From the NCBI GenBank assembly GCA_031427055.1, contig JANPMR010000553.1:1-53442 (forward strand): a stretch of 53,442 nucleotides of DNA, given 5' to 3'. This DNA is from Rubrivivax sp. Lineage in GTDB: Bacteria; Pseudomonadota; Gammaproteobacteria; Burkholderiales; Burkholderiaceae_C. Positions 44,121 through 53,442 of this stretch are shown here, piece after piece; position 1 is the stretch's first letter, and each line of letters begins with the position of its first letter. The notes below the pieces were generated by a model, which was not told the origin of the DNA, did not search any database, and saw only the letters and a program-made list of their open reading frames with translations. The translations under genes and the position numbers were made by a program.

Positions 44121-46947
44121 AGTCGGCCAGCCGCGCGCGCTCAGTCTCGACCACCGCGGCCGGCGCGCGCGCCACAAAGCTCTCGTTGCCCAGCTTGGCA
44201 TCGGCCTTGACGATCTCGCCCTGCAGGCGCGCGATCTCTTTGGCCAGCCGCGCCAGCTCGGCACCGATGTCGATCTGCACATGCAATGCCAGCCGCAAGT
44301 CGCCGGCCATCGCCACTGGGGCGTTCTGCGTCGCGGTGGCAAAGGCGGCTTCGTCAGCCAGCGGCCGCACCTCGGCCAGCCGGGCCAGCGCCTGCAGCAG
44401 CGGCGCGGCGCTGCGCACAAAGGCCTCGTCGCCCAGCGTCAGCAGCGGCACGCGTTCGGCGGGTGACAGACTCATCTCGCTGCGCAACCGGCGCGTCTCG
44501 GCGGCCACCTGCTTGAGGCGCGCCACCCAGGCATCGGCCGCGGGGTCGATCTTCTCCAACTGAGCCTGCGGGTAGCGGGCGCTGGCCACGCCCTCGCTCT
44601 TCTTCATGCCGGCCACCGGGGCCACGGTCTCCCACAGCTCGGCGGTGATGAAGGGCGCCAGCGGGTGCAGCAGGCGCAGCACGGTCTCGAGCGTGCGGAT
44701 CAGCGTGCGCCGCGTGGCGCGCTGCTCGGCTTCGGTGCCATTGGAAATCTGCACCTTGGCGATCTCGAGGTACCAGTCGCAGTACTCGTCCCAGACGAAG
44801 GTGTAAATGGCGTTGGCGACGTTGTCGAGCCGGTAGTCGGCAAAGCCCTGCGCCACGGCGGCCTCCAGCCGCTGCAACTCGCCGCTGATCCAGCGGTCGG
44901 CCATGCTGAAGCGCATGTAGCCGTGGAAGGGGCCGGCCGGCGTCGCCACGCGACCCTCGGCATCGAAGGTCGCCGGTGCGCATTCGGCCTTGGTGTGCTG
45001 CTTCAGCCCGCAATCCTGCCCCTCGCAGTTCATCAGCACGAAGCGTGTGGCGTTCCAGAGCTTGTTGCAGAAGTTGCGGTAGCCCTCGCAGCGCTTGCTG
45101 TCGAAGTTGATGTTGCGGCCCAGCGTGGCGTAGCTGGCCATGGTGAAGCGCAGCGCGTCGGCGCCGAAGGCAGGGATGCCTTGCGGAAACTCGGCCGCCG
45201 TTTGCTTGCGCACGCGCGGCGCGGTCTCGGGCTTGCGCAGACCGGTGGCGCGCTTCTCGAGCAAGGGGGCGAGCTCGATGCCGTCGATGAGGTCCACCGG
45301 GTCGAGCACATTGCCCTCGCTCTTGCTCATCTTGTGGCCCTGCGCGTCGCGCACCAGGCCGTGGATGTAGACGTCGCGAAAGGGCACACGGCCGGTGAAG
45401 TGCGTCGTCATCATGATCATCCGGGCGACCCAGAAGAAGATGATGTCGAAGCCGGTGACGAGCACGGTGCTGGGCAGGAAGAGTTGCTGCTCGAGCACAG
45501 AACGCTCGTCGGTGCCGGGCCAGCCCAGGGTGCTGAAAGGCACCAGCGCCGACGAGTACCAGGTGTCCAGTACATCTTCGTCGCGTGTCAGCGCTCCAGC
45601 GTAGCCGGCGGCGCTGGCGCGCTGGCGCGCTTCTTCTTCGGAGCGGCCCACGAACAGCTCGCCGCCCGTGCCGTACCAGGCCGGAATCTGATGGCCCCAC
45701 CAGAGCTGGCGGCTGATGCACCAGTCCTGCAGGTTGTCCATCCAATGGTTGTAGGTGTTGACCCATTGCTCGGGCACGAAGCGCACCTGGCCGCTGCTGA
45801 CCGCCTCGCGCGCCTTGTGCGCAATGCTGGTGCCATCGGTGCCGGCCTTGTTGACGGCCACGAACCACTGGTCGGTGAGCATCGGCTCCACGACCTGCCC
45901 GGTGCGCGCGCAGCGCGGTACCGTCAGGCGGTGCTTCTTTGTCTCCACCAGCAAGCCCAGGGCATCGAGATCGGCGACGACCTTCTTGCGTGCGACAAAA
46001 CGGTCGAGGCCGCGGTACGCCAAGGGCGCCTGGTCGTTGATCTTCGCGTCCAGATCCAGCACGCCAATCATCTGCAGGCCGTGGCGCTGGCCCACGGCGT
46101 AGTCGTTGGCGTCGTGTGCCGGCGTGACCTTGACCACGCCGGTGCCGAATTCGCGGTCGACGTAGGCATCGGCGATCACTGGGATCAGGCGCTCGCACAG
46201 CGGCAGCCGCACCCGCTTGCCCACCAGCGCCGTGTAGCGCTCGTCATCGGGGTGCACCATCACCGCGGTGTCGCCGAGCATGGTCTCGGGGCGCGTGGTG
46301 GCCACCACCACCGAGCCTGAGCCGTCTTCGAGCGGGTAGCGAATCAGCCACAGGAAGCCTTCTTCCTCTTCGCTCTCGACCTCCAGATCGGACACCGCGC
46401 TCTTCAGCGTCGGATCCCAACTGACGAGCCGTTTGCCGCGGTAGATCAGGCCCTCATCGAACAGGCGCACGAAAGTCTCGGTGACGACCACCGAGAGCTT
46501 CTCGTCCATCGTGAAGTACTCGCGCGACCAGTCCACGCTGTCGCCCAGGCGGCGCATCTGGTTCGTGATCGTCGCGCCAGACGTCGCCTTCCAGTCCCAC
46601 ACCTGGGCCACGAAGTTCTTGCGCCCGAGGTCGTGGCGCGACAGGCCGCTGTCTTGCAACTGCCGCTCGACCACGATCTGCGTCGCGATGCCGGCGTGGT
46701 CGGTGCCCGGCAGCCACAGCGTGTTGAAGCCGCTCATGCGGTGGTAGCGCGTCAGCGCGTCCATGATCGTCTGGTTGAACGCATGCCCCATGTGCAGCGT
46801 GCCGGTGACATTGGGTGGCGGCAGCTGGATGGCGAAGTTCGGGCGCGCCGGGTCCAGCGTGGGCGCGTGGGCGTCGGCAGCGGCCCACTTCGGGCCCCAG
46901 CGGGCTTCGATGGCGGCGGGTTCGAACGACTTGGCGAGATCGGTCAT
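44062..46947 (-). CDS. valS: Valine--tRNA ligase
   Basis: [31 protein letters not shown]-terminal coiled coil. Confidence 0.97.
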   Translation of the reverse strand: MTDLAKSFEPAAIEARWGPKWAAADAHAPTLDPARPNFAIQLPPPNVTGTLHMGHAFNQTIMDALTRYHRMSGFNTLWLPGTDHAGIATQIVVERQLQDSGLSRHDLGRKNFVAQVWDWKATSGATITNQMRRLGDSVDWSREYFTMDEKLSVVVTETFVRLFDEGLIYRGKRLVSWDPTLKSAVSDLEVESEEEEGFLWLIRYPLEDGSGSVVVATTRPETMLGDTAVMVHPDDERYTALVGKRVRLPLCERLIPVIADAYVDREFGTGVVKVTPAHDANDYAVGQRHGLQMIGVLDLDAKINDQAPLAYRGLDRFVARKKVVADLDALGLLVETKKHRLTVPRCARTGQVVEPMLTDQWFVAVNKAGTDGTSIAHKAREAVSSGQVRFVPEQWVNTYNHWMDNLQDWCISRQLWWGHQIPAWYGTGGELFVGRSEEEARQRASAAGYAGALTRDEDVLDTWYSSALVPFSTLGWPGTDERSVLEQQLFLPSTVLVTGFDIIFFWVARMIMMTTHFTGRVPFRDVYIHGLVRDAQGHKMSKSEGNVLDPVDLIDGIELAPLLEKRATGLRKPETAPRVRKQTAAEFPQGIPAFGADALRFTMASYATLGRNINFDSKRCEGYRNFCNKLWNATRFVLMNCEGQDCGLKQHTKAECAPATFDAEGRVATPAGPFHGYMRFSMADRWISGELQRLEAAVAQGFADYRLDNVANAIYTFVWDEYCDWYLEIAKVQISNGTEAEQRATRRTLIRTLETVLRLLHPLAPFITAELWETVAPVAGMKKSEGVASARYPQAQLEKIDPAADAWVARLKQVAAETRRLRSEMSLSPAERVPLLTLGDEAFVRSAAPLLQALARLAEVRPLADEAAFATATQNAPVAMAGDLRLALHVQIDIGAELARLAKEIARLQGEIVKADAKLGNESFVARAPAAVVETERARLADFRQALARLQDQQARLAASS

Positions 46948-47131
46948 GTTGGCGATGCGAGGGCTTGAGAGGGCCCTGCAGCGCCGGGCCCGACAAAGAG
47001 ATACAACCCGGCATGAACCTGGCAAGCGCGGCCGTGTCAACGAAAGCGGGTCGGGAAGAGTTTTGATTGTAGGTGGCGACCCTCGCGCCGCGGGCTGCCG
47101 GCCCGCCGCCAGACTGCCCTGGAGACCTCAG

Positions 47132-48490
47132 ATGGCCGACTTGCCCCGTTCGACGATGCGCCTGCGCCTTGCGGCTGCAATGCTGCCGTTGCTGTTGGCC
47201 GCGTGCGGCGGCGGCGACGGCTACGAAGGCACCCCGCCACCCGCCACCTGCAGCGTCACCGACCAGAAGAACTGGCTCGGCAGCTACGTCAACGACTGGT
47301 ATCTCTGGTACGACATCGCGCCTCGGCCCAACGCGGCCTCGTACGCCGACGTCGAGAGCTACTTTGACGCACTGCTGTACACCGGCACCCGCGCCGGCAC
47401 GCCGGCCGACCGCTGGAGCGGCAGCCAGTCCACCGAGAGCTTCAACCGCTTCTTCGGCGACGGCGCGACGCTGGGCTACGGCCTCTCGGTGGCCGGGCTC
47501 GAACTGGCAGGCGACGCCACACAGCCGCTTTACGTGCGCTACGTCGAGGCGCGTTCGCCCGCAGCCCGTGCCGGCGTGCAGCGCGGTGACCGCGTGATGT
47601 CGATCAACGGCCGCAGCGCGGGCGACGTGATCGCCAGCGACGACTTCTCGGCGCTCACGGCAGGCGCCAGCGGCGACCGCCTCAGCCTCGTGATGCGCCG
47701 CAACGGCATCGACCGCAGCCTGACGCTGAGCGCCGAGGTCTTCAACCTCACCCCGGTCACCGGCACTTCCTTGCTGCGCACCACGGCGGGCCGTCTCATC
47801 GGCTACGTCAACGTCAAGGACATGGTCAGCCAGGCACTGACCCCGGCCGATGACGCCTTCGCGCAATTCAAGTCGGCCGGCGTCATCGATCTCGTCTTCG
47901 ACCTGCGCTACAACGGCGGCGGCATGGTCTCTACGGGCGCCACGCTGGCGTCCTACATCGCCGGCCTGCGCGGCAATGGCAAGCGCTACGCCACGCTGCG
48001 CTACAACGACAAGCGTGCCGCGGCCAACAACGTCAGCTACTCGTTCGCGCAGCCCGCTTCGTCACTGGGCCTGCCGCGCGTGTTTGTGCTGATGGGCCGA
48101 CGCACCTGCTCGGCCAGCGAGCAGCTCATCAGCGGCCTGCGTGGCGCGGGCGTTCAGGTGGTGGCCATCGGCGAAACCAGTTGCGGCAAGCCCGTGGGCT
48201 TCAACCCGAGCAGCCAGTGCGGCCGCACCTACAGCCTCGTCACCTTCGACAGCGTCAATGACCGCGGTGACGGCGGCTACTACGATGGCCTGGCCGCGAC
48301 CTGCCCGGTGGCCGAGAACTTCAGCACCGTGCAGGGCAGCTGGGACGATCCGCTGGTCGATGCGGCCGGGCGCTTTGCCGACAATGGCGTCTGCCCGGTC
48401 GCCAACGGCCGCGAACAGCCGCAAGGCTTGCGTGCACCGCGCCGGCTGGGCGCCGAGCCGGGCGAGTGGCAGGGGATGATTGCGCGTTGA
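47132..48490 (+). CDS. S41 family peptidase lipoprotein with PDZ domain
   Basis: Lipobox LAAC, PDZ (SPAARAGVQRGD), DLRYNGGG, TCSASE catalytic Ser. Alternative start at 47156. Confidence 0.88.
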   Translation: MADLPRSTMRLRLAAAMLPLLLAACGGGDGYEGTPPPATCSVTDQKNWLGSYVNDWYLWYDIAPRPNAASYADVESYFDALLYTGTRAGTPADRWSGSQSTESFNRFFGDGATLGYGLSVAGLELAGDATQPLYVRYVEARSPAARAGVQRGDRVMSINGRSAGDVIASDDFSALTAGASGDRLSLVMRRNGIDRSLTLSAEVFNLTPVTGTSLLRTTAGRLIGYVNVKDMVSQALTPADDAFAQFKSAGVIDLVFDLRYNGGGMVSTGATLASYIAGLRGNGKRYATLRYNDKRAAANNVSYSFAQPASSLGLPRVFVLMGRRTCSASEQLISGLRGAGVQVVAIGETSCGKPVGFNPSSQCGRTYSLVTFDSVNDRGDGGYYDGLAATCPVAENFSTVQGSWDDPLVDAAGRFADNGVCPVANGREQPQGLRAPRRLGAEPGEWQGMIAR

Positions 48491-48523
48491 TGCTGGGTCG
48501 GGACGGGCCACGCGCCGCGGCCG

Positions 48524-49501
48524 CTACATAAACAGGTGCTCGCCCGCGTTCTCGCCGCCCAGCACCACGTAGTTGACCTTCTTCAGGTCGGTCAGCACGC
48601 GCCCGCCGGCGTAGCTGATCGAGCTTTGCAGGTCCTCGCGCATCTCGCGCAGCGTGTCGGCCAGGGCGCCCTTGATGGGCTCGAGAATGCGCTTGCCTTC
48701 GACATGCTTGTACTCGCCCTTGTTGAAGTCGCTGGCGCTGCCGTAGTACTCCTTGTACAGCTTGCCATCGACCTCGACCGTGGCGCCGGGCGATTCTTCG
48801 TGGCCCGCGAAGAGCGAGCCCACCATCACCATCGCAGCGCCGAAGCGCACGCTCTTGGCGATGTCGCCGTGGTGGCGGATGCCGCCGTCGGCAATGATCG
48901 GTTTGGTGGCCACGCGGGCGCACCACTTCAGCGCGCTGAGCTGCCAGCCGCCGGTGCCAAAGCCCGTCTTGAGCTTGGTGATGCACACCTTGCCCGGGCC
49001 CACGCCCACCTTGGTGGCGTCGGCGCCCCAGTTTTCGAGGTCGATCACGGCCTCGGGCGTGGCCACGTTGCCGGCGATGACGAAGGTGTTCGGCAGCCGG
49101 GCCTTGATGTGCTCGATGGTCTTGCGCACCGCCTCGGCGTGGCCGTGGGCGATGTCGATGGTGATGTAGTCGGCGCCCAGGCCCTCGGCGGCGAGGCGGT
49201 CGATGACCTCGAAGTCCTGTGGCTTGACGCCCAAGCTGATCGAGACGTAGAGCTCACGCTCGCGCATGCGCCGCGCGAAGGCCACGTTGTCGAGGTCGAA
49301 GCGGTGCATGACGTAGAAGTGGCCACTGCGTGCCAGCATCTCGCTGATCGATTCGTCGACCACCGTCTTCATGTTGCTGGGCACCACCGGCAGCGCGAAG
49401 CGGCGGCCGCCAAACTGCACCGAGGCATCGCACTCGCTGCGGCTTTCGACGCGGCATTTGCGCGGCAGCAGCAGGATGTTGTCGTAGTCGAAGATTTCCA
49501 T
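48524..49501 (-). CDS. guaC: GMP reductase
   Basis: [44 protein letters not shown]. Confidence 0.95.
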   Translation of the reverse strand: MEIFDYDNILLLPRKCRVESRSECDASVQFGGRRFALPVVPSNMKTVVDESISEMLARSGHFYVMHRFDLDNVAFARRMRERELYVSISLGVKPQDFEVIDRLAAEGLGADYITIDIAHGHAEAVRKTIEHIKARLPNTFVIAGNVATPEAVIDLENWGADATKVGVGPGKVCITKLKTGFGTGGWQLSALKWCARVATKPIIADGGIRHHGDIAKSVRFGAAMVMVGSLFAGHEESPGATVEVDGKLYKEYYGSASDFNKGEYKHVEGKRILEPIKGALADTLREMREDLQSSISYAGGRVLTDLKKVNYVVLGGENAGEHLFM

Positions 49502-49619
49502 GGCCAGGCTCCGGGGTGGGGGAGAGCGCTTGACCTGGCGGTGCCGGCTGCCGGCGGGTCGCGATGGAGCGGCTCAACCAGCACCGGACGCCAGAATTTG
49601 GGCCCGGTGAAAGATTCTA
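49502..49619 (-). promoter_or_regulatory. guaC -10 box (TAGAAT) and structured 5' leader
   Basis: TAGAAT at 49619-49614; hairpin ACCGGGCCCA-AATTC-TGGCGTCCGGT starts 6 nt downstream; SD GGAG lies inside a CTCC/GGAG plus GCCAGG/CCTGGC stem. Confidence 0.5.
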
Positions 49620-49704
49620 CGCAGGGGAGGGGTCAAGTCGGCACCGCGAGCGGCCGAAAACCCGGGATCGTCCCGCGTCGAGCCCTTGCGGCCGCTGCCC
49701 CCTC

Positions 49705-51594
49705 ATGAGCTCGTCGATCGTCAACCGTGTGCGCACGGCACTGTCTGCTGCACTTGGCCGCCCGCTAGCCGAGGCCGACGCCGACGCCACGGCGCCCAAG
49801 GCCGGACGCCGCGGCGGCGGCGGCCCTGGCAGCGGCGCCCGGCAACTGCTCAAGCTGTTCGAGCATTCCGACAGCGGCGTCATCACCTGCCTGCGCAGTG
49901 GCCAGGTGGTGCTGTGCAGCTCCGTGGCCGCAAACCTCCTGGGCGCCCAGGCGGGTGACATTTGCGGCCAATCGGTCGGCCTCTGGCTGGCGCCGCTGGC
50001 CGGCCGCAGGGAGGGCGAGGATGTCGCCTTCGAGCCCGGGCAATGGGAAACCCTTGCGAACCGGGCCGATGGCAGCAACTTTCCGGTGGAGTTGACGGTG
50101 AGTGAAACGCGGCTCGACGGCAACCCGCAGCTGATCCTGATCCTGCGCGACATCACCGACCGCAAGCTGACGCAAGAGCGCCTGAGCTTCCTGGCCAACT
50201 TCGACAGCCTGACCGGCTTGCCCAACCGGGTGCTCTTCCGCGACCGGCTGGCCCAGGCGATGACGCGCGCGCGCCGCGGCCACGCGCCGATGGCGCTGAT
50301 GTTCCTCGACCTCGACAACTTCAAGCTTATCAATGACAGCCTCGGGCACGAGGTCGGCGACCAGTTGCTGTGCCGCGTGGCCGAGTCGCTGCAGGGCTGC
50401 CTGCGCGGCGTGGACACGCTGGCGCGCGGCGCCGGCGGCGAGGCGGCCTTCACGGTGTCGCGCCTGGGCGGCGACGAGTTCACCGTGATCGCCGAGCAGG
50501 TGGCCAGCGCCGAGGATGCGGCGATGCTCGCCCGGCGCATCCTCGAGGCGCTGGAGACGCCGGTGCACCTGCTGGGCACGGTGTTGCACGTGTCGGCCAG
50601 CATCGGCATCTCGATGTTTCCCATGGACGATACCGATCTCGACGGCCTCATCCGCCACACCGACATGGCGATGTACCGCGCCAAGGCCATGGGCCGCGGC
50701 ACCTACAACTTCTACAGCGAAGAGCTCAGCGCCGAGGTCGCGGCGCGCCTGCTGCTGGAGACCGAACTTCGCCGCGCCTACGAGCAGCAGGAGTTCGTGC
50801 TCTTCTATCAACCCAAGGCCAGCCTGGCCACGGGTGAGATCACCGGCGTCGAGGCACTCATCCGCTGGCACGCCCCGGGCAAGGGCATGGTGCCGCCCGA
50901 CCGCTTCATCCGCGTGCTCGAGGACAGCGGCCTGATCCTGCCTGTGGGCACATGGGTGCTGCGCACGGCCTGTGCCGAGCTGGCGGCTTTCGACGCCGCC
51001 GGCCTGCCGCCGATGTCGCTGGCGGTCAATCTCTCGGCGCGCCAGCTCAAGCAGCCCGACCTCTCGCGCGTGGTGGCCGCGGCGCTCAACGATGCCGGGC
51101 TCGGTGCCGGTCGTCTGGAGCTGGAGCTGACCGAGAGCCTGCTCATGGAGGACAGCGAGTCCTCGTGTGAGACCCTGGGCATGCTGGCTGCGATGGGCGT
51201 GCATGTCGCGATGGACGACTTCGGCACCGGCTACTCGTCGCTGAGCTACCTCAAGCGCTTCGACATTGACACCCTCAAGATCGACCGCTCCTTCGTCAGC
51301 GAACTGCCGCACGACCCCGAGGACAGCGCCATCGCCACCGCCATCGTTGCCATGGGCCACAGCCTGCAGATGAAGACCGTGGCCGAGGGCGTCGAGACCG
51401 AGGCACAGGCAGACTTCCTGCGCCAGCTGGGTTGCGACGAGATGCAGGGCTACCTGCTCAGCCGGCCGATGCCGGCGGCGGCGATGCGCGACTGGCTCTT
51501 CCACCGGCTCGCCGAACGCCAGGCGCGGGCATCGCCCTTTGGCTGCAGCGACAGCGACCCCATGACGTTGATGAGCATGGAGACGCTGGCCTGA
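49705..51594 (+). CDS. PAS-GGDEF-EAL diguanylate cyclase/phosphodiesterase
   Basis: PAS/PAC ([11 protein letters not shown]...DITDRK), [32 protein letters not shown]. Confidence 0.93.
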   Translation: MSSSIVNRVRTALSAALGRPLAEADADATAPKAGRRGGGGPGSGARQLLKLFEHSDSGVITCLRSGQVVLCSSVAANLLGAQAGDICGQSVGLWLAPLAGRREGEDVAFEPGQWETLANRADGSNFPVELTVSETRLDGNPQLILILRDITDRKLTQERLSFLANFDSLTGLPNRVLFRDRLAQAMTRARRGHAPMALMFLDLDNFKLINDSLGHEVGDQLLCRVAESLQGCLRGVDTLARGAGGEAAFTVSRLGGDEFTVIAEQVASAEDAAMLARRILEALETPVHLLGTVLHVSASIGISMFPMDDTDLDGLIRHTDMAMYRAKAMGRGTYNFYSEELSAEVAARLLLETELRRAYEQQEFVLFYQPKASLATGEITGVEALIRWHAPGKGMVPPDRFIRVLEDSGLILPVGTWVLRTACAELAAFDAAGLPPMSLAVNLSARQLKQPDLSRVVAAALNDAGLGAGRLELELTESLLMEDSESSCETLGMLAAMGVHVAMDDFGTGYSSLSYLKRFDIDTLKIDRSFVSELPHDPEDSAIATAIVAMGHSLQMKTVAEGVETEAQADFLRQLGCDEMQGYLLSRPMPAAAMRDWLFHRLAERQARASPFGCSDSDPMTLMSMETLA

Positions 51595-51646
51595 TCAGTC
51601 GGCGCCGTGACGCGGCGGCAGACGCCGCGCTCCTAGAATGCCGCGC

Positions 51647-53442
<1,796 letters not shown>

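Noticed and set aside
44925-45010. Extra loop in ValRS ([31 protein letters not shown])
   Set aside because: Normal codon usage and no clear palindrome; looks like an ordinary lineage-specific indel, not an intein or mobile element.

Overview
GC-rich bacterial chromosome segment; gene content and order point to Burkholderiales (Rubrivivax/Comamonadaceae-like, inferred). It is almost entirely core or metabolic: a 2-aminobenzoyl-CoA (abm-type) aromatic catabolic operon followed by glutaryl-CoA dehydrogenase, GST, an ACAD/APH pair, two Crp/Fnr regulators, a FimV-like protein, lptFG-cbiX-cysB, pepA-holC, split liv genes, rpmB-rpmG, trxB, ftsK-lolA-(cheW)-rarA, cysM-NUDIX-tusA, galU, valS, an S41 peptidase, guaC, a PAS-GGDEF-EAL protein and a partial uvrD, plus tRNA-Arg(UCU) and tRNA-Leu(CAA). 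I see no integrase, transposase, prophage, CRISPR or defence island. The most interesting signals are small: (1) a guaC leader with mutually exclusive helices starting at the predicted transcription start, a candidate GTP/ATP-responsive switch; (2) an 81-nt structured repeat inserted in frame in the abmA-like gene; (3) a secreted five-repeat beta-propeller-like protein; (4) a D-2-hydroxyacid dehydrogenase homologue with swapped Arg/His catalytic positions; (5) leaderless-type promoters on ftsK, rarA and uvrD; (6) a shared leader motif on livK and livH; (7) a PopZ-like small protein after holC; (8) a 1-nt frameshift in essential lptF. All product calls come from motif recognition by eye; no database search was run.
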